Shown piece after piece: positions 36,990 through 49,626 of a DNA stretch of 64,000 nt (position 1 is the stretch's first letter; each line of letters starts with the position of its first letter). Source of the DNA: Lepidodermella squamata (taxonomy: Eukaryota; Animalia; Gastrotricha). The notes under the pieces are model-generated. The model had not been told where the DNA came from. It ran no database searches and worked only from the letters and a program-made list of their open reading frames with translations. The DNA is taken from positions 620,001 to 684,000 of the forward strand of contig JBLDXI010000002.1 in NCBI GenBank assembly GCA_047495785.1. Reading direction: 5' to 3'. Made by a program: the position numbers and the translations under genes.

Positions 36990-37858
36990 ATGTCGAGGTT
37001 CTACTCGGAGGCGTCGCGGGAGTTAAATCGCCGAAAATCAGTCGATTTCAATGATCCGTTGAAATTCGTCAGAGTGAGTGATTCATCGAAATTAATTCTT
37101 TTCCTTGATCAAAGCTTTTTCTACAGGACATGGGTGGTTTATCGCTTAAGGAAACGGCAAAGCACCAATTGGAAATGGCCGAGAAGAATCGAATGGTTAG
37201 GGATGAAGTTGCAGAAATGGAGAAGCGCCGAATGCAAGCTCAAGCCAAAGTTCTTGAACAGGACGAACTCATCATGCAGGTAATGCGTCTCAAAATTAAA
37301 AAATTCCGCCTTAAACATTTTCTTTAGTCCGTTACTAACTGGTCAGAAAGGCGTCGAAAGAGCTTTGCAGGTGGCGAATTACCCGGTTTACCCCAAGTAT
37401 CAAACGACTCATCATCAGGCTCACCGCCAAAGTCTTCCTCAGAGACCCCAGTCATACCAGAAGAACAAGAACCGTCATCTCCATCTTCAAAATCAGCATT
37501 AAGACTGTCACAAACAACAATCGAAACCGCTACGGTTGTGCTAGCCAGCGACAAAGTCGAGCCTGGTATGAGTATCAGGCAGATGAGTGTAACCAGGACA
37601 GTCGATGATTCAGTTACGTCTACGGCGACGACCTCTACGCACGTTAGAATGGCCCGTCGTGCTAGCAGTTTTGTACCCCAGGGCAGTTCAAGTGAGTTCA
37701 GTGCTGCGAAATTGTCCTCAGCTTCATTCACACATCGCGAATTGAACCCACAGCTTTTCCGTACGCCAGCCCGTTTGACCAGTAATCAACGCATCAGCTC
37801 AGAAATGTCGGCTCCAGATTCCGGTTATGGCGGGGCCGAGGACGAGCCGTTCGTGTAG
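36990..37858 (+). CDS. Hypothetical protein (~255 aa) with a short coiled coil and Ser-rich tail; exons 36990-37073, 37127-37279, 37328-37858
   Basis: Three segments joined by short GT-AG introns in phase 0 (..LKFVR|DMGGL..LIMQ|SVTNW..); AATAAA at ~38074. No recognisable domain. Confidence 0.6.
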
Positions 37859-39253
37859 CCGCAGGAAGCCAGAGATCAAACAGCTCATTCGCCATTGTAA
37901 ACAAACTATATATCCACCTCAAATTTGTTGCATTCCGAAGAACCTAATTGGCGTGTTTAAATCTTCCCGGTTTTCTTATATTTATTTTGAGATTTTTTCG
38001 AAATTTATTTTCAAAGACTGCAACACGCTGATTGGTCTGAACCTTTAAATGTTAATATAACTTATTTGTTGGCAATAAAATAAACCTTTCGGAAGTTTTC
38101 TTAGCTGCAGTGACTAAGCATTGTAGTGTAGGGTATGGGAATTGTATGGAATTTGTATTCCGCTGCTACCTGTATCATTTCATTAATTTTTGAGCTCAAC
38201 CTGATTTTCTAGAAATTCTGCAAAAAAGGTCCAAACATGACGCATGTTTTGAGAGTGACCTTTGTACCCATTGTTTGAGCTACTGTAAACTGAGTGATAG
38301 ACCTTGAACAAAATCAATTTAGTCAGGGCGATTTCCGACTATTAAATTCAAAAAATGAATGAGAACAAATTGGAAAGAAACCCATAAGTCGATGGTTCAT
38401 AAGAATTATCGAAATTGAAAAATATTTGAAATTACTAAAAAATTGGGCGAATAAATAAATTGTCATGCATTTAATTTCAAAATTTCTTTTAAAAATTTAA
38501 AATAATTTCTCTGGTAATTTTCGATGAACTTTTCACATCAATTTTCAATATTAGGGACTTCTCCAAAAATATTAGGGAAAAGTTAGAACGCTGCGCGACC
38601 AGGACCGCTTTGTCTGACCAGAAATTAGTTTTTCAATCGCTAAAATTCTCAAAATGGGCTTGGAAAAGTCGAAAAAGGCAACAGAAACATAAAGCTGAAT
38701 TTTGCTGACAATTTCAGCCATATTTCAGTTCTAATATAAACCCTGGCTTATTGCAGCAGCCAAAATTCGGGAGAAAATAATTGCTATTGCAAGCAGTAAA
38801 ATTAGTATTTTTCAGAATTAGGACAAAATACTAGATTTTATCGTGACGCTTCAGCTATGTGAAAATAGCCTTTAAAGCCTTCAAATCGTGCTTAACTTGA
38901 AAAATCAAAGAATATGCGAAACAGACTTGAAGAAAATAAACGAAACTTATGAATAACCAATAGTTGATTGTCTCAGCTTTGAATGAGGTCAGTATGATGT
39001 GGTGTATGGTAGTGTATGGAATTGTATGTCGAAATCGAGGACAGTGCGTGATTGTGTAGTGGCGTCATACATTACAAACAATTCACCATACGTATGCATT
39101 CTTAGTCACTGCTTAGCTGTCATTGATCTATCGGATTTCCCAATTAGAAAGAAGCAAGAAAAAGGTTCGATTAAGTTGGATCACTGATGTCTTCTAAATT
39201 GCATGCAACTGAAACTTTATTGATAATTGTCAGCAAAAACTTGTATTTTTCGA

Positions 39254-42200
39254 TTAAAATATCGCGAAAACGTAGGCATTGACAAATGCGAAGAAAATGA
39301 CCACGATTGCGAAGCTGAGTAGATCCAACAGTCGAGATGCGGGGACTTTCATGGAGAGAATAGTATATTTCTCCTTTGCAGCTGCTGATTTACAGAACCA
39401 GATCATAGCCATATCATAAAGACTAATCGCTGCAGTCATCCCAGTGAAAAACATGATGTACTGTGCTAATAGGATCTTCTGAGACGTCTGTGGGACTTCT
39501 TTCACCACTTGAGATTGGGCCACAGTGAAAGCTAGTAAGACTGTACAACACAAAACTGGACGATCTGGCCGATCAGGTGGCATGAGGAAACTACAGAAAA
39601 TTATCGCAAGCAGGACCAAACAAGGGGCGAGAAGGTTCGATATATGGTAGTAAGGACTTCGAGCGAAATGAAGTCTAGCTCTTCCATAGCTCGACTTCAC
39701 GTTCAAAGCAATTGCTGAGTTTGTGAAACCTAATAACATAAGCTTTACATTTAGATGAGATTCAATCGTGTAAAAATTTCATACCAAGCTCATAACTATT
39801 GTTGTTGAGCTTCCATTGACTGTTGGGTGATAAATCTGGGCTCTTCACAAAGAACCCAGCGAAAGTCACGAAATTGTACGGTTCCTTCATAACGAAAGTG
39901 AAATCACACACTTGCTCATCGAAAGGGAAAGCTTTAAGATCTAGCGAGCATTTTGATTTTAGTATCCCCGTTCTAACCCAGTAGAAATAAAGGTTTCGAT
40001 ACGGCTCCTCGGGTAGATATAAAACCTGCATGTCACTCCCGAATTTGGTCGACTGCATGTAGACGTCCTCGCTCGAATTCAAGAACAGCATTGATGGTTT
40101 CCAAACTACCGAAGGGTCAGTAGCTATCACCCGTTCTTTCTGGTCTACCTCGGGAGCTGTGTAGTTCGAATGACAAGTTTTGACCTGCCATTGTAAGCTA
40201 ATAGCAGCAGCAATTGATATCGTTTCGGATAAATCGTCGATGTCTAGCAATCTATCTATTGTCAATTTAAAGTAGACATTTGTTGGATATTTCGGATTCG
40301 GTGCTCGATTATTAGGCTGAATATTTTTGCACTTCAAAATATCCTCCATGGTGACCAAAGGTACAGTGTTACCCTTGATCAAAGCCGGAATAGGGAATTT
40401 GGTTTCATCGCTTTCGAGTATCTCTATCACTTCCACCGCCTCCGTGAAATCTGAAGTTGAAGAAGTACTTGAGCTGATACTTAACGTTGAAGTTAGTGCG
40501 GTATTTGAGACTACGTGTGCCGAAGTAACGGAAGTTGAAGCTTGACCTGAACTTGGCGAAGTGTTAGTCAAGCTTGTGCTCTGCGCTGTGGTGCCGATAG
40601 AACCAGCTTGGGGCGAGGTTATCGTTGAAGCTGTCCCGAGCGATGTGCCCGTTGAGCCAGTAATGGCTGAGATTCCGATCGAGCTAGCTGCCACAGATGA
40701 AGCTGAACTTGAACCTGTTAGGGTTGAAGCAGCAGCCGCCGAAGTAGATGTACTCGCAGCCGTAGTTGATGCTATAATTGACGTAATAGCAGTAGTAGTT
40801 TCAACCGAGGTTGCAGCAGATGTGGTTGCTGCTGCAGTTGACGTGGATGTAGATTCACTCGAAGTAGGAGAGGTTTGTGTTGAAATTGACGGCGACATTG
40901 TTTCAGTCGAAGTTGAAGTTGGCGAGGTTTCTGTCGCAGTTGTTGACGTGGAAGTAGTTTCAGTCGACGTGGTTTGTGTTGAGGTTGACGGAGATTCAGT
41001 CGACGTCGAAGTTGTTGAAGTCGATGTAGTTTCAGTCGTAGTTGAAGAAGACGTGGTTTCGGTTGCGGTGGTTGCTGTCGTAGTTGTGGACGTAGAAGTT
41101 GTAGTAGTTGTTGTCGTGGGCAGTGATTGTCCTTAATTCAAGGTTAACAGGGGAATATTTGGCACAATCAACCTACCCGGCTCCAACACGACGTAGTAAC
41201 TCATACTGAACAATGTAATTGTACCGTTGCTCGCAGGGTTAACTTGGCCGATCTGAAGAACGCCGTTCCCACTGGAAACCAGCGCACCAAGCCCAGTGAC
41301 AGCCACATTAGTGAAACACACCGTGGGGGAGTTCCAACCGGGCATTATTATTGACATCTGTTCAAAAAAGCTCCAGAAAACGAGATCGAGGAAACAACGT
41401 AGTATTTACCGACAATAAATCGTTGTAAACTTCGATAGCTATTCTCGGATAATTACTATTCATCATTGTGTAGGAATAACCTCTATCCGCACACGATTGA
41501 CAACTGTCGGTGATCGAACCCATGTTGAGATTGTATGGTGATTGAAATGAAGATTCGAAGAGCAATTTGTTGCTCGGCGAAGCGGCCAGTGTTGGGCTGA
41601 GCAAGAATCCTCGAAATGATGGCAATTGAAAAGTGTTAAACAGGTCAGCTGAATCAACCATCAAATCTATATAGCTCTATTGTTCAGCGATAAAAGTTAC
41701 CAAACGCTAGCGGGGGTGAAGCAGCACTATCCAGGACTGCGATTATCATCTTCGTATAATCTGAATCTCTTTCAATATCAGTTGCTTGAAAGTTCAGCTC
41801 GATCCGAAAATTTGGTCCATAACTCGGAAGAGTCTAAAATAAAACATGAGGTGAAATGCAGAGAAACAAAAAATTATTCTAACCGCTTGAGACAAAAGAT
41901 AACCCTCAGTATTCTTCGAAGTTTGCACAAGGACGACGGTCGGTGTGATAATTTGTACGGATGATGACTTGGTATAGCGAAACAGCGCACCTTAATTGCA
42001 ATGCTTAGTGCAATTTATTATAAATAAAGAAATCATACTATTAGGAATAGTAGCAGGTCTAAATGATAGGTCCGTGTTGTAGTAGGCAGTTCCAACAACT
42101 GGGAGCAACGACGGATTCGCGTTCATCATGGCGAAGTCTGAGAGAAAATTATTAGATTTGGCTTATGATCCGAATATGCAAATTAACTCGGGATAGATGA

Positions 42201-45055
42201 AGTTTGAAGGTCGAAAAAACGCAGCTCCGGCACTTTAATAGAGGCTCTTGAGATTTTTGTAGCAGCTAAGACTATTGAAAAGCCAGAGTTGCTTAGAGAA
42301 CTTAGTTCATTCATCAGGGTGCTTGAGAAACAAAATTCTGGATATGCGGAGCTGTCATGCTTTAGTACCATGGTTAGCCGGCAGTCTACGGTGTCCTCCA
42401 CAACCTGGATTATCATGATAACGCTGGCTGGCATCGGTGTTGGCAGCATACACTGGCCGCAGTTATTTATAGTCGCCGAATCAGGAGGTAGGATATCCAT
42501 GGGTGATGATGTCTGGTATCCGAAAACCCGACCGCCCTGGCATATCTCCAGGAAGAAACCAGCTCCAGAGAAACTGTTAATCGCATCGTCGGCTTTAAAC
42601 AAAATTCAATTGTAATTAGAGGCAAGTTATCAAGCATACCTGACGAAAGATCTATGCTGGGATCTTTTGCCTGAAAGATGATACCAAATGTCGCACATCC
42701 GCTGGGACCAATGTACGACAAGTCAAGAGCAAGCTCCACTCGCCATTGCAAGGATAGTATCCACTAAGGGTACAATGTCAAAAAAGCTAAATTTCAGATA
42801 CGCAAACAAACTGTGCCCTGTGTAGTCAGAGCCCCTTTGATATCGCCGTTGCTAGTGTCCGTCAACAAAACTGCGGTTGAGCTGTTAGTAGCTGCGTTCA
42901 TTGCAGCCCAGTTGGTTGCATCAACAGCCTCCCCTTGAGTGTTGTAGTCGAACGAGTAGAGGGAATTAAAAGACGCCGTGTATCCGATTGGCAAGGCCAA
43001 ATAAGCCACGCGTGGCACTTTGTTCGATCCTGGAGCAGCAGTCGTTGTAGTTGTTGTTGTAGTTGTAGTGCTAGTTGTAGTCGTCGCTTTTAATTTAAAA
43101 TTTAGACCTTGCCAATGTTGCTTAGAAAAACTCACTTGTAAGTGAAAGGGCGTAGGTATTGACTAATCCAACTGCAAAGGTTGCAGTTCTATCCGTATTT
43201 GACTGGCCTATCTGCACTTTGGCTAAACCCCCTGCCACAAAGCTAGCGAAGCCAGTTACAGGGATGTTGGTATAGCAAACCGTTGGCTGCAAATCGCCAG
43301 GGAACATGAGAGCCATCTAATAGGAAAATTTTAGAATAGTCCCAGTCTTATAGAGGGGTGAGACTCACGTTAAGCACATCGTCTACGATTTGAACTGTAA
43401 GGAATGGAGCCGTAGGGTAAGTTCCGCTGGTTTGAAAAACTGTGTAGGAGGAAATCCTGGAACCACACGGGCTGCATTGAGGCGTGATATCGGTCGAAGT
43501 GAAACTGAACGGGCTCTTCAAGGTGCTCGAAAACAGCATTGAAACTGTTGGAGACCAGCTAGTAAGGGATATTGAAAGCAGCAATCCTCTGAAACTTGGA
43601 GCACTCATCGTTGAGAAGAGGCTAGAGACGGATAGCGGCAATGAAATAGAGCGGTCTAAGATCCCAAAATTGAATCGAGTCTCGTAGTTAGCTGAAGCGC
43701 CGTAATAAGCAAGACGAAAGCCGATTTCGAATCGAAAGCTCGACTCAGTAGCCGGGAGATACTGTGAGGAGAAGGAAATAGCCTTTTTTAAAAATCAGGG
43801 CTCGAACCCAAAATTTGAGGTTTGTTTATTCTTTATACTACTTAACATTGGAGATGATAGTTTTTAAACTCACCGTTGAAGCCATAATATTTCCCTCCGT
43901 GTAAGTAGTATTCGATACCAGGTTGAAGATGTTGCCACTTCTCGAGGCTGCGCCGTATACCATAAACGAAGTTGTACCTAAAACAGCGCAATATTCAAAT
44001 TTTATCAGAAGAAAGACAACAAGTTACCATCTGCAATGCTGGTTGAGTTCGCGGATAAACCAGCCAGTCGAGTTGCTATCCGACCAACTTGTAACAACCC
44101 GTTGTCCGGCAATTGTGCTACAAGAAAACCTTGCATTAAAAGCTACTTATTCGATTCAATTAGGGCAACCTGGGGCGGTCGCTGAAGATAGCGAGAAGAA
44201 CCATAGCCGTGTCACTTTTATGATTGCATTGAACCCCTTGAACACGCCAAGTATGATGAATGCATTATTACTGCTAATGAGATCCTCCACCCATGAAAGT
44301 TGGTTGTTTGATAAGCAGTAAGTTGGTACAGTTGCTCCCCCAAGGAACGCTGCTACAGTCATCCTGCCAGCCGTATGCTGAATGATTAGTTTCGCACTTG
44401 TTGTGAATGACGGTGTTGATGGGAGTGAGCAGGGAGAACACCTCGAAACATTCGATACAGGCACTTGCCCGTCACGGTATGTAGTTGTGTATCCGCTCAA
44501 TGTCCCATCTTGGCAAATATTCCAAAACAAAGCGAATCCACTTAAAGCCTCCAAATAGTCGGGATCTAAAATCTTCTGTATCAGTCTCACTCAAAATTAG
44601 AAAATGATTGTTAAACCCGAGGCGGCAAAATAAGCATTAGGATCCTCTAGAAACAGCGAAAACACTGCGCAGTTGTCGCGATTTGTTGGCGTATGTTGCA
44701 ATTGCAGTTCGAGCTCGATACGAAAATTCGAATCTCTTATAACCTATTCCAAGCTATTGTAGCACTTGGTTTGAATATTACGGAATAAGAGCCTCACCGC
44801 ATTACTTGTAAAAAGCCCCGTCTCTGTGCCTGAAGTAGCCGATAACAAGAGGCCAGATGACGTATTTGTTGGAGAGCCAGTAGTGACCCAATCGTCATTA
44901 TTAGGTCCCAAGTTAGTAAGATTGTAGTCAAAAGACAGAGCCGGCTTGAAAAGCGGGCTATAGTAGCTGGTTGGTAGATCGAGAAGGTCAGTCGAAGGCA
45001 CTGGATCGGCCGAGATCATGATCAAATCAATTGCCAACACAATGAAGGACCTCAT
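39254..45055 (-). CDS. pLGIC-5: signal peptide - 4 lectin-like domains (2 pairs, Thr linker) - stalk - Cys-loop LBD - 4 TM; no CBM1
   Basis: MRSFIVLAIDLIMISADPVP. Lectin-like exons in ORFs 44744, 44156, 43348, 43122, 42794, 42467, 42183, 41362 and 41133. Cys-loop CSLDLKAFPFDEQVC; M2 DRPVLCCTVLLAFTV. Confidence 0.82.
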
Positions 45056-45737
45056 TGAAATCGGCGTTTACTGATGAGTAAATTGTGTCTGGTACATTAA
45101 GTTCCAATCTTTTTTGTTCAGTCCAAATTGCATTTTCAACTTCTTACATAATTTATTGGACATATTATCACGAGATTTGAAAATCCAAGCATTTTGTTGC
45201 GAGGCAGCTTGATACTATTGGGATTGTCCGTTTCTAAACCCATGAATTAACAGTCGCCAAAAAGCCAGTTGGGTTAAAAAAGGTTCTATAATCTGGTCTA
45301 TAAATATATCAATTTAATTTATACGAACCCACACAAGCGGATTGCGACTCAGAATTAACCGATGCTACTATGGCGCATTATGAATAAGTGATGAAATGAT
45401 TCTGCGTCCATTTGTCCATGACTAGGAGTTCATTTCGGACAAGATTTTGATTAACGAATTTTCAACCTCGATTTATGGGAGGATCTGCACAGTGTGACGC
45501 GAAAGTACTGATAAGCCCTCAAGCGACCCATGGAGCTCTCACTCGGTAACTATGGCCTCGTCTCACCCAGTCAAAGAATGGGACGGGATCTCTTAAAAAT
45601 ACAAAAAATTGTCGAATTTTCGAATTTCAGCAGTCAGCAGGCAGCTAGATTTCTTCAGATGTCGAGAATTCCAAACCATAACAACGCAGAAAGGCCAGTT
45701 TATTTTCGTATAAAAACTACAAAACAAGACAAAATAC

Positions 45738-48700
45738 TCAGAACATCGCGAAGATGTAAACATTGACAATGGCGAAGAAAATGACAGTAATTGCGAAGCT
45801 GAGAAGATCTAAAAGTCGAGCCGCTGCGATTTTAGTAGAAAACACGCTGTATTTCTCCTTCGCAGTTGCAGATGCGCAGAACCAGATCATAGCCATATCG
45901 TACAGACTTATCGCCGCAGTCATTCCAGTAAAAAACATGATGTACTGTGCTAATAGGATCTTCTGAGATGTCTGCGGAACTTCTTTCACCACTTGAGATT
46001 GGGCTACGGTAAAAGCTAGAAGGACTGTACAGCACAAAACTGGACGATCAGGCCGATCAGGTGGCATGAGGAAACTACAGAAAATTATCGCCAGTAGGAC
46101 TAAACAAGGGGCGAGTAGGTTCGATATATGGTAGTAAGGACTTCGAGCGAAATGGAGTCTAGCCCTTCCATAGCTTGACTTCGCGTTCAAAGCAATGGCT
46201 GAGTTTGTGAAACCTGTAAAACTCAAGTTTTAAAATTGAGATTTAATCACTTCGAAATTTCATACCAAGCTCAAAGCTGTTGTTGTTCAACTTCCATTGG
46301 CTGTTAGGCGATAGCTCAGGGCTTTTAACAAAGAAGCCACCGAAGATCACGAAATTGTAGGGTTCCTTCATCACAAAAGTGAAATCACACACTTGCTCAT
46401 CGAAAGGAAATGTCCTGAGATTCAACGTGCATTTCGATCTCAAAATGCCAGTTCTGACCCAGTAGAAATACAGGTTTCGATATGGCTCCTCGGGTAAATA
46501 CAAAACCTGCATGTCACTGCCAAATTTGGTCGATTGCATGTAGACGTCCTCACTCGAATTTAAGAACAGCATTGATGGTTTCCAAACTACTGAAGGGTCA
46601 GTTGCTATCACCCGCTCTTTCTGGTCGACTTCAGGAGCTGTGTAGTTCGAATGACAAGTTTTGACCTGCCATTGAAGATTGATCGCTGCTGCTATTGAAA
46701 TCGTCTCAGATAAATCGTCGATTTCTAGCAATCTGTCGATCGTAAGCTTGAAGTAGACATTGGTCGGAAATCTAGGATTGGGGGCGCGGACGTTTGGTTG
46801 GATACTCTTGCAAGCTAAAAGATCATCCATGGTCACTAATGGAACAGTATTTCCTTTGATCAAGGCTGGAATAGGGAATTGAGTTTCATCGCTTTCAAGC
46901 AGCTCGATCTTTTCCGTGGTGTCGCTAAGGCCTGGAGTTGAAGATGTTGAGGTGAAAACAGCTCTTGTCGATGAGGAGGTTGACGACGTCGCAGCTAATG
47001 TTGTCGTTTGGGTCGTGCTTGTTGATTTGGTTTTAGCAGCGCTAGTTAGTGGTGTCGTGCCGGTCGAAGCAGTTGTGGGCGCTGTTGATATTGACGAGGA
47101 CGATGTTCCTATCGAGCTAGATGTCGATGAGGCCCCAATTGAAGAGGTACCAACAGTTGAAGTCGATGTTGTAGTTGAAGACGTAGTAGAGCTTTCAGTC
47201 GTTGTTGAAGTAGGCGTGGTTTCAGTCGAGGTGGATGCACTTGTCGAGGTAACTTCAGTTGTAGTTGACAAAGTCGAGCTGTCAGTTGTTGTTGGTGTCG
47301 ACGTGGTTTCAGTTGAAGTGGACGTGGAAGTAGATGCAGTCGTAGTAGTTGTGGTCGACGTAGAAGTAGTTGTCGTTGTTGTAGTCGGCAGCGATTGGCC
47401 TGAATCCGTGGAAAGTATGGAAAAACTATAAAATATCCTAAAGAAATTACCAGCTTCCAACACGACGTAGTAGCTCATGCTGAATAATGTAACTGTACCA
47501 TTGCTTCCTGGGTTAACTTGACCAATCTGAACGACTGCTGTTCCATTCGAAACCATAGCACCCAGCCCAGTTACATCGACATTAGTGAAACATACAGTGG
47601 GAGAGTTCCAGCCGGGCAACATTATTGACATCTAAACAAATTCTGGTATTTATACAAGGGAGTTATTCGAAACCGTTCCTTCACTACCGTTAATAAATCG
47701 TTGTAAACTTCAATTGTTATTCTCGGAAGGTTGCTATTCATAATAGTGTAAGAATAGCCTCTATCCAAACAAGGTTGGCAGCTGTCGACGATGGAACCAG
47801 GCGGCAAACTCATGAGATTGTATGGAGACAGCAACGAAGATTGATACATGAGTTTGTTACTTGGCGAGGTGCCTAGAGTCGGGCTCAGTAGGAATCCGCG
47901 GAATGAGGCCAGTTGGAAAGTGTTGAACAAATCGGCTTTAGGATCAAACAAAATTATAAAGCTTGATAGTTCAAAGATGCCTAGTTACCAAACGCTAGCG
48001 GAGGTGAAGCTGAACTATCAATGACTGCGATTACCATCTTCGTGAAATCTGTAGTTCCTACTTCTATATCATTCGCTTGAAAGTTCAGCTCAATTCGAAA
48101 ATTTGGTCCATAGCTTGGTAGAACCTTCGAAAAATTGAATAAAAATTAGTAAAAAGAAACCCTAATTCTTACGGCTTGAGACAAAATATAGCCTTCTGTA
48201 TTTTTGGTTGTTTTCACGAGAACTACTTTGGATGAGATGATTTGCACGGAGGTTGACTTGGTATACAGAAACTGAGCGGCTAAATAAGAAACAGTTAGGA
48301 AGGCGAATTTGAATCAAGGAGTCTTACGAATAGGAATAGTTGCAGGTCGAAATGATAGGTCCGTGTTGTAGTAGGCAGTTCCGACAACCGGGATCAACGA
48401 CGGATTGGCGTTCGTATTGGCGAAGTCTAAGAAACAAATCATTGACTAGCAGAAGAGTTTTGAGAGAAGGAGTTTTACTTGTCGGAAGTACTGCCGGAGG
48501 TGTGAGATCGAAAAAGCGCAACTCTTTCACCTTAATAGTTGCTATCGCCGCCTTTGTTGCTGTTAGTATGAGATTGACACCGCTTACTCCTACGGCGGAT
48601 AAATCTGTTGGGTAGTTGCTGGAGAAACAAAATTCAGGGTAAGCCACGCTATCTGGTTTCAGTATCATCGCTAGTCTGATGTCGCCACTATCGTCTTCCA

Positions 48701-49441
48701 CAATCTGGACAATTAAGATAACACTAGCGGGCAGAGGCGTAGGTAATTTGCATTGGCCACAGTTGCTTATTGAAGGTGCAGTTGGTGGGTCCACTTTATC
48801 GTTCGATTGTGACTGGTAGCCGTAAACTCTACCGCCGGGACAAACTTCGAGAAAAAGGACGAGCCCCATGAGACCGTCGATTGCGTTGTCATTACCTGAA
48901 ACACTCATACGTTCAAAAGCTCTTTCCAAAGTCACTTAAAACTTAGAAGTGACACTCATTTGCCTAACGACCAGTGAGAGTGGTGCTTCTAAGCGGGATT
49001 TAAAGTGTGCCAACTGCTTCTTACCGGATATAAGGGCTATAGCACTATCTTTTGCCTGGAACATCAACCCGAACACAGCACAATCCGAGCCGATATAAGA
49101 CAAGCTCATCGCCAGATTGAGGGCAAGCTCTATTCGCCATTGAGCGGGAGGTTGTAACCACTGAATAAAAAAACAATAAATCATGAACTTTATTGCTAGA
49201 AGGCAAACTGTCACCGTTGCTCCTGAAACAAATTTGACTAGCATTTTTCCAAGTTCAATTTTCTGTTGCATCTGGTAGCGGGCGTTTCCAGCTTCCTCCA
49301 TAATTTATCCGAACATTTTGGCGAAAATTCCCAATAGATTGTTGAGCGTTGATTGCCCGGAAACATGCGAGGCAACATAACGTTTCCCGCCACTTCTGGG
49401 AATTTAGAGTCAAAAATTCCGTAGCGGGTAGAGGACCGTCA
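45738..49441 (-). CDS. pLGIC-6: 2 lectin-like domains - stalk - Cys-loop LBD - 4 TM; 5' end unresolved, possibly disrupted
   Basis: Cys-loop CTLNLRTFPFDEQVC; TM exon nearly identical in protein to pLGIC-5. At ~49441 DGPLPATEFLTL matches paralogue starts, but the frame then loses similarity and hits a stop. No clean ATG or signal exon found. Confidence 0.65.
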
Positions 49442-49626
49442 AAAACCTTTGATCATTAAAAACCCATTCAAGCCCATTAAAATCGATATTGAACTCGCGG
49501 ATAGCGACTAAAAATAAGCTTATATTGGCTTTATTTAAAGATTAAGGCAACGTTTTATCAATAATTACAGTTCGATTATCACTTAGAGGCCAATGTCACA
49601 AGTCAGTTTATTAGATTTTCCCATTG

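Noticed and set aside
40561-41136. Long Val/Glu/Asp-rich ORFs (also 5304..5789, 9504..9878, 14782..15210, 46916..47431, 50756..51262, 56330..56968)
   Set aside because: Antisense shadows of the Thr/Ser-rich stalk codons (ACN/TCN read as GTN/GAN); no independent gene signals.
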